Counted from the stretch's first letter, positions 11,898 through 23,658 are shown. The stretch is DNA of 64,000 nucleotides from Eledone cirrhosa (GCA_964016885.1 OZ024745.1:110298001-110362000); one strand, 5' to 3'. Numbers and translations are program-made. Notes: generated by a model from the letters alone, not told the origin.

Positions 11898-12220
11898 ATG
11901 GCCCTTTACGTTCTGAGTTCAAATCATGCTGAGGTTAGCTTTGCCTTTCATCCTTACAGGGATCGATCAAATAAAGTACCAGTAATGCACTGGGATCGAA
12001 TTAATCGACTTTCTCCTCCCCCCAAAATCAGAAATCATTATTCAGTATCGGTAGAGGGTTGGACGCCATGCTTTCTAGCATAGTTACGTCCCTTTACAGT
12101 CTGAGTTCAAATCCCGCCGAGGTTAACTTTGCCTTTCATTCTTACTATGTCGATAAAATAAAGTACCAGTAATGTACTGGTAATTGCTGGCCTTGTGCCT
12201 AAAGTAGAAACAATTATTAT
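11898..12220 (+). mobile_element. Two SINE A copies (long-tail then short-tail variant)
   Basis: Homology to other SINE A copies. Confidence 0.88.
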
Positions 12221-12222
12221 TA

Positions 12223-12703
12223 CTAGCAGAAAAACGACCCTTCGGGTGGTTTTCTGCTAGCATGTGTAGTGTGTATATTGATATTATACGCAAGTATATA
12301 TGCATGTAGATATGATACATCAAATAAAATCGTAATTGACAATATACACAGAAATTGTACGAAGACTATTACACTGTCTTATGTAACCAGTAACGTAATC
12401 CATGATACATTAAAAAAAGACGATATTATATATAAACTGCATTAGGAGAAAATTGGTGACAGAAATATATGAATATTTATTTAAACGATCGCTAACCGGA
12501 AGTGATGACATTTGAAAATTATAAAGAAGTGAATCTTTAAATAAGTAATAACATATATTTAATGAACAGCTACGAAATTTAGTGGATAAATTATGTAATA
12601 TTCATTCATTATTTATTCAAAGTAATCCAACTTATCTTACTAAGGGGATAAAAAATTATAAACCGTATGCAGTCCCGCGCTCCTTACTTTATTATAGTTT
12701 AGA
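12223..12703 (-). mobile_element. Non-autonomous Helitron-like element (copy 2, complete)
   Basis: Minus strand A|TC 5' end at 12703; 3' hairpin CTAGCAGAAAACCACCCGAAGGGTCGTTTTTCTGCTAG ending CTAG|T; no TSD. Confidence 0.8.
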
Positions 12704-13025
12704 TTGTTATAATTATTATTACTATTATTATTATTATGGGTTGTTACTTTATTTCATTGATGAAATAAAATACTAGTAATGAACTGGGGTTGTTTTAATC
12801 GACTTTCTCCTACCCCAAAATCGTTGGTCTGGTGCCTAAATCAGAAACAATTATTATATTAACTTTGTTCAAATAATACATTTCACTAAGATGACTACAA
12901 ATATAGATATTGGATAAATAGAATGTAAACAGAGAGATGAGAGTACCAAGAAACAATATATTGATATTGAAGTAATATTTTATCTTTTGTTTATATATAT
13001 CAGTAGGTGTGTACGTATGTTGCTC

Positions 13026-13066
<41 letters not shown>

Positions 13067-13068
<2 letters not shown>

Positions 13069-13164
13069 CGAAGGAAATGTGGTAAGGAACCAGGTGGACC
13101 ATAACGCACCAAAGTACTCAATACTTAGGGTAGTAGAGTGGGTAATAGGAACAATATATTGTTC

Positions 13165-13167
<3 letters not shown>
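13067..13167 (+). mobile_element. TA-embedded fold-back family C fragment
   Basis: Near-identical inverted partner at 14165-14251; ends in perfect palindrome TAGGAACAATATATTGTTCCTA. Confidence 0.85.
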
Positions 13168-13205
<38 letters not shown>

Positions 13206-13329
13206 TATATGTGTGTGTGTGTATAAATACATGGGTGTATATATGTGTGTGTATATATATATGTGTGTGTGTACGTGTGTGTGTATATAAATACATAGAT
13301 GTATATGTGTGTTTATATGTAAAAGTTAA

Positions 13330-13790
13330 ACAGAAATAACAAAAATAACAAAACAAAGAGCACAGTACATGGAAGAAATATATTATTTTAATGCTTAAAA
13401 TAGCAGGAAGAGAGTCTTAACGTTTTGGACACTAGTCCTTCATCGGAAGAAATAGTGATAAATAGAAGATAAATAAATGGTAAAGAGTGATGAGAGGAAG
13501 GAATACACATACGTATTCAGTCAGCCATCTATATACTACTAAAACTCAGTAATAGTGTGCTTGTCTGAAAATTAATACAGCCAAAATGGCGCATAATTGG
13601 AAAATTCTTTGATAGGAAGTTGCCGCTGAAATGGGAATACAAATGGAATAAAACCTGTTTTGCATAAATAGGAGCACGGGTTCCTGAGAGATGGGGTTTT
13701 TCCGGGTACCTTCATAAATAGAGAGAGAAAGAGATAGTGGTTGTGAGAGACTAGCAAATATTTCCTGTTAAATAAGAAAGGTTTCTAAGT
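13330..13790 (-). mobile_element. Penelope-like terminal fragment with degenerate minimal hammerhead (13415-13450)
   Basis: Minus: TCTT CCGATGA A GGAC TAGT GTCC AAAA CGTT AAGA (U4C and G12A relative to consensus); related decayed copy ~44790-45170. Confidence 0.55.
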
Positions 13791-14015
13791 GTGTGTGTAT
13801 ATATATATATATGTGTGTGTGTGTATATATATATGTGTGTGTCTGACCAGCATATATAGGTCACACACATATATATATATTCCAATTTTCCAATTTCATT
13901 TTACATTATTTACATGTCTGTGTATATTTTAATTATTTAAAATTATTTTTAAGTGAACATGATTTTAAAAATATTTTTTTAAGTGAATGTGACCCAACAG
14001 TTCACGGATGGTCTA

Positions 14016-14062
<47 letters not shown>

Positions 14063-14066
<4 letters not shown>

Positions 14067-14250
14067 AACGAGTAGGACCCCGACGGCTGAGCTCAATCCG
14101 TTTCGACGGCTAATTCTGAACTAGCGTCCAGAATTAGCTTGAGCTCAGCCGTCGGGGTCCTACTCGTTCCTATTACCCACTCTACTACTCTAAGTATTGA
14201 GTACTTTGGTGCGTTATGGTCCACCTGGTTCCTTACCACATTTCCTTTGT

Positions 14251-14251
<1 letters not shown>
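14063..14251 (-). mobile_element. TA-embedded fold-back family C copy with 34-bp perfect hairpin arms
   Basis: TAGGAACGAGTAGGACCCCGACGGCTGAGCTCAA ... TTGAGCTCAGCCGTCGGGGTCCTACTCGTTCCTA; the loop keeps a stem II + GAAAC half-hammerhead. Confidence 0.85.
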
Positions 14252-14282
<31 letters not shown>

Positions 14283-14553
14283 ACTGAAACCAATAAAAGA
14301 ATATATGCACACATAATTTTTGTGACTAATTAGTTATAAGTTTTCTAATTCAGATTACATTTATTGAGAGAAGAGTATAGATGATTAAATTGAACTGAAA
14401 TGAGTGAAGGTCAAAATTAACCCCATTAAGGTTTGAACTAAAATGATGATCATTGATTATCATTTTTAATGATTGTTAACCTTAAGCTAACTTCTTCATC
14501 AGAGGTTTCTGACTGAAAAATAGTCAAACAAATTTTACACATAATCTAGGGAC

Positions 14554-14640
14554 AAAAAAAAGTGGACAGCATCTCTTATTGGACTTGAACTCACACTTGA
14601 TTTATGCTGGACAGCTGTACTCCCAATTACACCAAAGCTA
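14554..14640 (-). pseudogene. tRNA-like Pol III relic (related copies 36343-36429 and ~4801-4890)
   Basis: Minus: GCTTTGGTGTAATTGG (A-box), GAGTTCAAGTCC (B-box), CTGTCC then T8. No intact cloverleaf. Confidence 0.5.
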
Positions 14641-14857
14641 GCTGACAAATTTTCCCCTCATTTCAATCCTTATCAGTCAGTAGATGTTTATAATCAATGT
14701 GTTCAATTATTTTTATAGGTAAAAATCTATGTTGAAACAGTTAACTTTAAGCTGACACATATTCAAAATTCATTCATAATTCAGTGCTCCTTAAAAAACT
14801 ACAATTATTTATAGATTGCTACATTGTTTATTCATTCATGAAAGTTTTTATATGGGG

Positions 14858-15650
14858 CAGGGAGCTACTACCACTGCTAGCTGCAAAAGGCTTTTCCCTC
14901 AAAATGAAAAGCAGACTGTATGATGCGTGTATACGAACAGCAATGTTACATGGTAGTGAAACCTGGGCGCTGTCTATAGAAGACTTGCGTAGATTGGAAA
15001 GAAACAAATCCTGCATGCTCCGATGGATGTGTAATAGTAATATACGCGACAGCAAAGCATAAATGAATTGAGAGAAAAACTGAGCATAAGAGGAATCAAA
15101 TGATGTGTGCAGGAGAGGAGGTTGCGTTGTTATGGGCATGTGATGCGTATGAAGGATGACAGCTGCAGAGCACTAGAAGTTGATGGAAGCCACGGAGTGG
15201 GGAGACCCAAGAAGACCTGGGTTGAGATGATAAAAGCCAACCTTACCCAATTGCACCTCTCAAAGGCGATGACACACGACCGTGACCTCTGGTGTCACGC
15301 AGTAATACAAAAGACCTGACTTCCCACGAGTACAAGCCGAAGCTGAAGCATATAGACAATATGCCCCGACACCCTCCCACTGCAAAGTGGTCGTGGAGGT
15401 GCCACACCAAAAAAGCACCCAGCCCACACTGTAAAGTGGATGTGTAGGCACCACGGAAAAAAAGCACCCAGCACTCACTGTAAATGAGGTTGGTGTTAGG
15501 AAGGGTATCCAGCTGTAGAAAGCAAGCCAGAATCAGTTCCCGTATGAGCAACACAAGGTCAGCCGACCGGATACTGCCCACAACAGGACAACCCGTCTAA
15601 CCCATGCTAGCGTGGAAGAACGGACGTAAAAGGGTGATGATGATGATGAT
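14858..15650 (+). mobile_element. 5'-truncated RTE-clade LINE with full 3' UTR and (GAT)n tail
   Basis: KSRLYDACIRTAMLHGSETWA...MLRWMC...RRLRCYGHVMRM...GRPKKTW, with stops and frameshifts. Confidence 0.92.
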
Positions 15651-15995
15651 ATAACAGAGGTCAATAAAGCTGAAAATACAGGAAATTTGGAAAGGTATTT
15701 GACAAGATCACTAGCAGAAAAAAAAACAAAAGAAAAATCAGGATTGCATAACAAAAACTCATATTTAATTTGAAAATTTAACAAATATTTCAGCAACAAC
15801 CAACAGTTTGGAGCAAATTAACGATCTGATTTATGCATCTCAAATATCAACTGAACCAATTAATGAAGAGGAATTAAAGAGAGCAACAGGTGCAAACAGT
15901 TTGTGAAATATCTACTGAATGAGACAACATTTCATCAAATGTACTACTAATTATTTCATCTACCAATCTTCTCTTACCAATTATGAATTCTGTAA

Positions 15996-16211
15996 CCCTT
16001 CAGCATTTAAACTGTCCATATCCAGCCAGAATTCTCTCACCTATTTCTGTTCAAACTGGCTGTAACCGGCTGCTGAAAGTATTGTTCTCAAAATAAAAAA
16101 ATATCAAAATCTCATATATTTGATATTATGTGAGATAATTTGGTGAGATAAAGCTTTTACCACAAAAATACTATCATATATAATATGTAGAGAAATGTAA
16201 ATGCTAAAGGG
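15996..16211 (+). mobile_element. piggyBac-type MITE family 1
   Basis: TIRs CCCTT(C/T)AGCATTTA / TAAATGCTAAAGGG; TTAA on the right, GTAA on the left. Confidence 0.8.
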
Positions 16212-16568
16212 TTAAAGATGGTTCTACTAACAGAATGGACACATTTTAAATAGTAGCAATTCCTACCAAAAGGAAACAGCAGACTTCTAGAAAATCAAAG
16301 AGGATTTATTCATGTGGACTTGATAAAAACACTTTAATATTCGTGTTACAGCTTTTCTAATGAAATACACTGCTTTTGTGCTTGAATTGATTTTGAAAAT
16401 AATAATTTTATTTGTCTCGTCTAGTGTTTCGCAATCAGCCTTTTTTGCATTTTTCCACTTTCCTCTAAACCATTGCTCGATATTATTTAGATCCTACCTT
16501 AACTGTCTTTTACACATTGAAAATGGCATAACATTATTATTATTATTTATGCTATTATCATTTTTATT

Positions 16569-16708
16569 CTGAGTTCAAATCCCACCGAGGTTAATTTTGC
16601 CTTTCATTAACTTTGCCTTTCATCCTAACGGGGGTCGATAAAATAAAGTACCAGTAATACACTGGGATAATTGCTGGCCTTGTGCCTATTGTAGAAACAA
16701 TTATTATT
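16569..16708 (+). mobile_element. 5'-truncated SINE A
   Basis: Homology to family A; small internal duplication of TTAACTTTGCCTTTCA. Confidence 0.85.
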
Positions 16709-16970
16709 TGTTCTGTTTTGTCTATGCTGGCTATGTTTTTACTGAGAAATCTGCTGAAGCAATTGTAAAGAATTAAATGTTTTAAGGACTTTTATCTGTC
16801 ATCTCAATTTGTTACACATACTCATACATCATCATCATCGTTTAACGTCCATCTTCCACGCTAGCATGGGTTAGATGGTTTTGTTCCATTTGATGCATGC
16901 GGGAGACCGTGTCTCATTCATATGGAAGTGTCCCTGGCAGGTTTTCTACGGCTGGATGCCGTATATATAT

Positions 16971-17146
16971 ATCAGATAGGGTGTGGTAAAAAACCAGGTA
17001 GACCATAACACACCAGAGTACTCGATACTTGGTGTAATATGAAAAGATTCAGGACCCCAACGGTTGAGCTCCAGCTATTTCGACAGCTAGATTGGATTTG
17101 GATCTAGCTGTCAAAACGGCAGAGCTTAGCCGTTGGGGTCCTGAAT

Positions 17147-17149
<3 letters not shown>
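16971..17149 (+). mobile_element. TA-embedded fold-back family C copy
   Basis: Hairpin AAGATTCAGGACCCCAACGG...CCGTTGGGGTCCTGAATCTT; flanked by TA repeats. Confidence 0.85.
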
Positions 17150-17183
<34 letters not shown>

Positions 17184-17184
17184 A

Positions 17185-17450
17185 TTATATTAATAAATGG
17201 AAATTATATTTATAAAACCATATTTATTCTATTATATATATTTCAAGGGTACCAAAACTTTGGTACGCTCTCATCAGATAAAATACATAGTTTTTTTAAT
17301 AAATATTGACACATCCAGGAAGGAGATTTCAACAATTCAAGTTTTTCCAGGAAAATAGAATAAATATGGTTTTATAAATATAGTTTCCATTTATTAATAT
17401 CATTGATATTATACTCCAGAAAACCTGTCGAGTGCTTCAAATCAGTTATA
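17185..17450. mobile_element. TA-embedded Penelope-like terminal element with partial inverted repeat
   Basis: 17187-17232 is inverted at 17355-17400; homologous to 19795-20070; contains a hammerhead. Confidence 0.75.
17225..17285 (-). ncRNA. Type I hammerhead ribozyme
   Basis: Minus: TATTTTAT CTGATGA GAG C GTACCAAA GT TTTGGTAC C CTT GAAA TATAT ATA^ ATAGAATA. 8-bp stem I, intact core, palindromic stem III. Confidence 0.75.
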
Positions 17451-17456
17451 AATATA

Positions 17457-17501
<45 letters not shown>

Positions 17502-18429
17502 GTGGTTGTATAGCTTGTGTGCATGTATGTATGACTACACTCATGGATTTTTGTTGTAAGATGCATTTTTATGACATTTGGTAAAGATCTGAACATTTCA
17601 GACTAAACAAAATCACACTGAAACAGATATGTGATTCCAGTAGAAGTTTATCTAGCAACTAACGTCATCGGTGGATGCTTGAAACTTTGAATTCCTATTT
17701 ATATATGAAGTAATCCATACCCTCGGAGATTACATTTTTAGATTATTGTGTGATAACACATCATACTATCATTTATAATAGAGTCAGAAAAACGTCAATG
17801 AATGCAATGTGTTGATAGAAAGAAAAAGAAAAAGAAAATGCCAAAAATAAATAGATAAATAAATAAATAGCAACAACAAAGCAAAACAAATAAAAGCAAA
17901 CAATAACAAGACAAATATGACTCAAGATGATAGTATGTGTGTGTCTGGGTGTTTGTGTTTGGTTGTAGTATTTAAGCCATTAATTAGGGATGTGACTTGT
18001 CAGAAGCAATTTAGGTATAACTGAAGTAAAATATATATATATACAAAAAGGAATGATGAAGTAAAATTATACATAAGCTTTATAATATATATATATACAC
18101 ACATATATATATAAGGCCAATTTCATTTTTTTGTTTGTTGGCTTTGTCACACTATGTCTTACACATACACATCTATCTATCTCTTTCTATATATATATGG
18201 GTGTGTATGTGTATATATATATACATACACACACATACAAATGACGTTTTTACACACGTTTTCCATGCTCGCATGGGTTGGACAGGCTGTCATGTCTTGC
18301 TCATAAGTTTCATATTTGCCATGTTTTCTATGGCTTGATGCCCTTCATAAACCCAACCATCATACAAGGTGTACATGGGTATTATCCCTAGGCACTATAA
18401 CTATATGAATATATATAGATATATAATAT

Positions 18430-18588
18430 AAAGAGTCAGGACTCCGATGCCTGAGCTCTTGCCATTTCAACAAGAGCTCAGCCATCGGGGTCCTGACTCT
18501 TTCTAATATAACCATACTCTACTACCCTAAGTTTTGAGTACTCTGGGTAGTAATGGTCTAACCAGTTTCAAACTGAATCCATCCTGAT
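18430..18588 (-). mobile_element. TA-embedded fold-back family C copy (inverted sibling at 20198-20333)
   Basis: Near-identical reverse complement of 20198-20333; internal hairpin AAAGAGTCAGGA...TCCTGACTCTTT. Confidence 0.85.
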
Positions 18589-18677
18589 ATATATATATAT
18601 ATATAAAATCAAGGGAAAGCAAATAAAGAAAAAATGTTAAAATAAATTTCAAAAAATTCACTGTACTTACTATATGT

Positions 18678-18758
18678 GCCTTTACCGCGGTTTCAGATCC
18701 CATACAAATAGATAATCCAAGCAGATTTTCATTGAGAAAGAGATCCTCGTCAGAAGGC
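18678..18758 (-). ncRNA. Type I hammerhead ribozyme (intact core, 52-nt stem II)
   Basis: Minus: GCCTT CTGACGA GGATCTC...GGGATCT GAAA CCGCG GTA^ AAGGC. Perfect 5-bp stem I; palindromic stem III ACCGCGGT. Confidence 0.78.
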
Positions 18759-19077
18759 TTTTCTCTCTCGGAGAATATAAAATTCCCGAGTTCAAATTAC
18801 AAACTGGCGCCATACAAAACTGCTCCAGCAAATGAATGATGAAACCATTTTTTCTAGTACCATGTGCAAAGACTGAAAGCAAGGTGGACAGGTCAATCTC
18901 TTGCTACTAAAAATAGCACCCATTCAAATGACCAAAGGTTTCTCTACCGTTGGGGCGAATCAGTCTTTGCGCACAGTACTAGACAAAATTGTTTCATCAT
19001 TCATTTGCTGGGGCAGTTTTGTATGGCACCAGTTTGTAATTTGAACTCAGGAATTTTATATTCTCCGAGAGAGAAAA

Positions 19078-19158
19078 GCCTTCTGACAAGGATCTCTTTC
19101 TCAATGGAAATCCGTTTGGTTTGTCTATTTATTTGGGATCTGAAACCGCGGTAAAGGC
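19078..19158 (+). ncRNA. Hammerhead copy with core mutation (CTGACAA, G8A; probably inactive)
   Basis: Mirror image of 18678-18758 in the right arm of the palindrome. Confidence 0.65.
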
Positions 19159-19399
19159 ACATATAGTAAGTACAGTGAATTTTTTGAAATTTATTTTAAC
19201 ATTTTTTCTTTATTTACTTTCCCTTGATTTTATATGTTCTGGCTTGTTAATTTATTAACTTGCCATTGAACCACACTGGCATATGGTTGGACTATACTTG
19301 TATCCCTATGTGTATTATTTACATGTAGGAACACATACTTTTATTATATATATATATCATTTCTCTCCCTCTCTCTCTATATATATATATATGTATATG

Positions 19400-19685
19400 C
19401 CCCCACACCCTCCCACTGCAAAGTGGTCATCGAGGTGCCACAGCAAAAAAGCACCCAGCCTACACTGTAACGTTGGCGTGTAGGCGCCACATAAAAGAGC
19501 ACCCAGCACTCACTGTAAATGAGGTTGGTTTTAGAAAGGGCATCCAGCTGTAGAAATCAAGCCAGAATTAGTTCCCATATGAGCAAGACATGGTCAGCCG
19601 ACTGGACACTACCCACAACAGGACAACCCGTCTAACCCATGCTAGCGTGGAAGAACGGACCTAAAACGGTGAAGAAGATGATGAT
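19400..19685 (+). mobile_element. RTE 3' UTR / SINE B tail-only insertion
   Basis: Colinear with 15362-15650. Confidence 0.88.
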
Positions 19686-19794
19686 ATATATATGTGTGTG
19701 TGAATTGGAAAGAAGCATCAACGTTGTTTGAATATGAAAAATAGTCTTATAAGTTGAACATATAAACCCTCAAGATATATATATATATATATAT

Positions 19795-20070
19795 ACAATA
19801 TATTAACAAATGGAAACTATATTTATAAAACCATATTTATTTTATTATACATATTTCAAGGGCCACCAAGGCAAATTATGGGTATGTCAATATTTATTTA
19901 TAAAACTAATCTGTATTGTATTTTATCTGATGAAAGCGCACCATAATTTGCCTTGGTGGCCCTTGAAATATGTATAATAAAATAAATATGGTTTTATAAA
20001 TATAGTTTCCATTTGTTAGTATATTGTATATTTACTCCAATAATCTGTTGAGTGCTTTATATCAGTTATA
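19795..20070 (+). mobile_element. TA-embedded Penelope-like terminal element with ~88-bp 5' inverted duplication
   Basis: 19794-19881 is the reverse complement of 19941-20029; homologous to 17185-17450. Confidence 0.78.
19919..19984 (+). ncRNA. Type I hammerhead ribozyme
   Basis: TATTTTAT CTGATGA(19927-33) AAG C G CACCA..TGGTG GC C CTT GAAA(19965-68) TATGT ATA^(19976) ATAAAATA. Perfect 8-bp stem I, extendable past a bulge. Confidence 0.75.
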
Positions 20071-20119
20071 AAATATTTTTAAGCTTGTTGTATCCCAACA
20101 AATTAAATATAACCTCTGC

Positions 20120-20197
<78 letters not shown>

Positions 20198-20202
<5 letters not shown>

Positions 20203-20333
20203 GATGGATTCAGTTTGAAACTGGTTAGACCATTACTACCCAGAGTACTCAAAACTTAGGGTAGTAGAGTATGGTTATATTAGAAAGAGTCAGGACCCCG
20301 ATGGCTGAGCTCTTGTTGAAATGGCTGAGCTCT
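20198..20333 (+). mobile_element. TA-embedded family C copy
   Basis: Reverse complement of 18430-18588. Confidence 0.85.
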
Positions 20334-20369
20334 TTATATATAAATGTAATTTGAGTTTTTCGAATATTA

Positions 20370-20553
20370 ATAATTGTTTCTACTTTAGGCACAAGGCCAG
20401 CAATTACCCGGTGCATTACTGGTACTTTATTTTATTGACCTCGTAAGGATGAAAGGCAAAGTCAACCTCGGCGGGATTTGAACTCAGATCGTAAAGGGAC
20501 GTAACTATGCTGGAAAGCATGGTGTCCGACCCTCTACCGATACTGCCAATCCA
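20370..20553 (-). mobile_element. SINE A (young, short-tail)
   Basis: Near-identical to 31870-32060. Confidence 0.92.
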
Positions 20554-20726
20554 ACATTCGATTCGTTTGCAATTATGCAAACAAGCCTCAATTTTATATC
20601 CATCTCAGTAGAATGAACTCTTCATTCTTGCTCTTGTGTTGGCATGTGAACAGAACTTCAGACACTAATGTTTCTGGGTATCACTCTTCATCATTGAGCA
20701 ATAGGAAGTTTGTGTATTTGAACATC

Positions 20727-20868
20727 GTTTGACTCTGAAAAATAGTCTTATATGTTGGGCAGATAAACTCTGAAGATAGAAAAAATTTGTATAGGTAGTG
20801 TTATACAAACTTTTTCCATCTTCAGGGTTTATATGTTCAACTTATAAGACTATTTTTCATAGTCAAAC
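20727..20868. repeat. Imperfect hairpin (~67-bp arms) with CTGAAGA on both strands; inverted sibling at 19703-19775
   Basis: GTTTGACTCTGAAAAATAGTCTTATA...TTTGTATA ggtagtgt TATACAAA...TATAAGACTATTTTTCATAGTCAAAC. Confidence 0.8.
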
Positions 20869-21323
20869 AACGTTGATGCTTCTTGCAAATTCACACGCAC
20901 ACACATGCACATATATATATATATATATATATATACAGAGAGAGATGATAGACAGATGCATAGATAGACAGACAGATATAGATATATGTGCAGATACATA
21001 TATATATATATGCATATGATAGTATATTATCTCTTTCTAGGGGGTCCCATTCGAAACATCAAATATGCCATTCTAATTTGTTTTTTCAATCATTTTTGTG
21101 CATTTAGGTAAAAACAAAAATGTAATTATATCTATTTCATGGTATTTTCAGACATATAGAGATAATTTTGATAATTTTCTATTTATTTATCTAGCTATAT
21201 ATCGTATCATTTCTCTCTTTCTGCACATACACACACAGACATATGCACACAGAAGCCCACACTCAAATATATGTATATATATATAGAGAGAGAGAGATGT
21301 ATGGGCAAGCATGTGTGTACCAG

Positions 21324-21359
<36 letters not shown>

Positions 21360-21522
21360 TACAGAAGCTAGAGATATTATTCCATCCCTATTGGATAAAG
21401 TGAAAAGGAAAACTTTACATCTATCACGAGCAGAGGATGCATGTAGTCACAAAGTAAAAAAAAGTCATGATCTTTCAAACAGCTCTTTTCAGTTCACAAA
21501 CTTAGGAACTTGCTTGATCATA

Positions 21523-22663
21523 TTAACCCTTGCATTTTTAACACTTTAATTATCATATTCTTAATGAAAGACACTACTTATGATTTTGAAAATAACCAAA
21601 CATTTGGAAGGATTTTGTAATATAACAAATTTGCTCATTAATTTAGTTAGTGTTTGGAATATAACTAAACAAAAGTTCTAACATAATATTATGATGGAAG
21701 GCTTTAAATAAATATAAACATTATAAAATAAATAGCTTTTTATTGTAGAACTAGGGATAGATTCAGACAGTGTGTAAATATCTCAACCCTTTTGATATCA
21801 AACTGTTTTCCTCAGATCCTTATTAAGACTCCCCCTACATATAATTCTTGTTGTGCTGTTCCTAGATAGGTATAATATAGAGGTCAACATTTTATGTCTC
21901 ACAGTCAAAGAGATCAAGTTATTTATTAGTAATCGAGTGAAAAGATCCCAGGCTTCATTCACTTACTGAGTGGAACTCACCAAATCAGACTAGGAAAACC
22001 ATGGTCTTTCCATTGCTGATGCTACCTCCTGATCACATCTTCTGGCAGAAGGAGCAACGTGAAATAAAATGTCTTAGGAATGTTGCTACAAAATTAAAGC
22101 AGATTCCAGTGAAGAAGGAGCAAGTGTGTGTCTTGGCCATATTTTTTAAGTTCTCTTAAATAATACCAAGAGAGTTGTTGAGATGAAGGACAAGTTGTGA
22201 TAGATGTGGTTTGAAGGAACATTAAGACTCTACTGATATCACACAGCTTTTTGTTGGGATTCTTACAACCACTTCAATTGCATAAAATATAATTCATAAA
22301 AAGAGAGAGACTAACGAAATGTGGTCATAAGTTCGTACAAAAGTGGCTTGCTCTCTACCATACTTCATGGGATATGAGATGCATACAGCTACTAAAAAGT
22401 TTCAGCTTCCTTTAACTTTTGCATTACCATATTTCTCACGAAACACACTGCCAATTAATTTCAAATGATTTTGAAAATAATCATGAATTTGGAGAGATTT
22501 TGTATTTTAACAAGCTTTCTCCTTAACTAGCTGGTGTTTAGAATATAACCTAACAAAAGTTCTCCCATAAAATTATGGTGGAAAGTTTTTAGATAAATAT
22601 AAACATTTTGAAATAAACAGTTTTGTACCATAGAATTAAGGTATTGATATCAAAAGAATTAAC
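21523..22663 (+). mobile_element. Two old piggyBac-type MITE family 2 copies (21523-21790, 22413-22663) separated by other decayed repeats
   Basis: TTAACCCTT..-type starts and shared body (ACACACTGCC..TTTTGAAAATAA..GGTGTTTGGAATATAA); relatives at ~9545, 25900, 28170-28312, 41315 and 55074. Confidence 0.55.
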
Positions 22664-23297
22664 AACTCCTGTGAAATAGCTTAAACAACAAAATCTGCCA
22701 CATGGTATAATGGGATTCTGTGAATCCTATTGTTCATTCAATCCAGCTTATAGTGGGGACAGGAAAAATATCTAGAGTGTGAGATAAATTAACAAGATGG
22801 CACAGTCCAGCCAGGGAATGAAAGAAGTTATTAGAGCTGTATAGAACAAATGGGGTGGAATGGTGACAGATACAAAACAAATTGATATTTTTTCAGAAAA
22901 CCAATGACAGGTACTGTAACCAGAGAAATTTACCAGATTAAAGAACAAGTGCAAGTAACATAAGTAGTGAGATTAAGAAGCCAATATGAACACACACATA
23001 CACGCATATATATGTGTGTGTGTGTGTATATATATATAATCATCATCATCATTGTTTTACGTCCATTTTTCCATGCTAGCATGGGTTAGACAGGTTGTCC
23101 TGTTGTGCAATGCCAAGTTGGGTGACCATGTCTTGCATGCATATATATATATGTATGTATATATATACATACTTATATAATATGTTTGTATGTGTATATA
23201 TATATACATACATATATATAATATGTATGTATGTGTATATATATATATATATAAGAATAGACTAAAATAAAATTACTTCAGTCATATTATACCTTAA

Positions 23298-23658
23298 CCC
23301 TTTAGCATTCACATTACTCTATATATATATTATTGTATTTTTGTGGTAAAGGCTTTACTTGTCGGATTGGCAGTATCGGTAGAGGGTCGGACGCAATGCT
23401 TTCCAGCATAGTTACGTCCCTTTACGATCTGAGTTCAAATCCCGCCGAGGTTGACTTTGCCTTTCATCCTTACGGGGTCGATAAAATAAAGTACCAATAA
23501 TGAACTGGGTATTTGCTGGCCTTGTGCCTCAAGTAGAAACAATTATTATCTCACATAATATCGAATCTATGAGATTTTGATATTATTTATTTTGAAAACA
23601 ATACCTTAACATAAGTATGAACGACCAGTTGCAGCCAGTTCAAATCCTATGGCTGGGG
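23298..23658 (-). mobile_element. piggyBac-type MITE family 1 interrupted by SINE A (23364-23548, +)
   Basis: TTAA|CCCTTTAGCATT ... GGG|TTAA; the body rejoins across the SINE. Confidence 0.8.

Larger units (their letters stand above)
18601..19235. repeat. Long inverted repeat: ~276-bp arms, 83-bp spacer; Penelope-like inverted terminal repeat
   Basis: 18601-18876 is the near-perfect reverse complement of 18960-19235; mirrored ORFs 18682..18882(-) and 18864..19154(+). Confidence 0.95.

Noticed and set aside
13067-14251. Single TIR DNA transposon bounded by family C inverted copies
   Set aside because: The other family C pair (18430/20198) has the opposite polarity, and the interior is a mix of unrelated fragments with no transposase.
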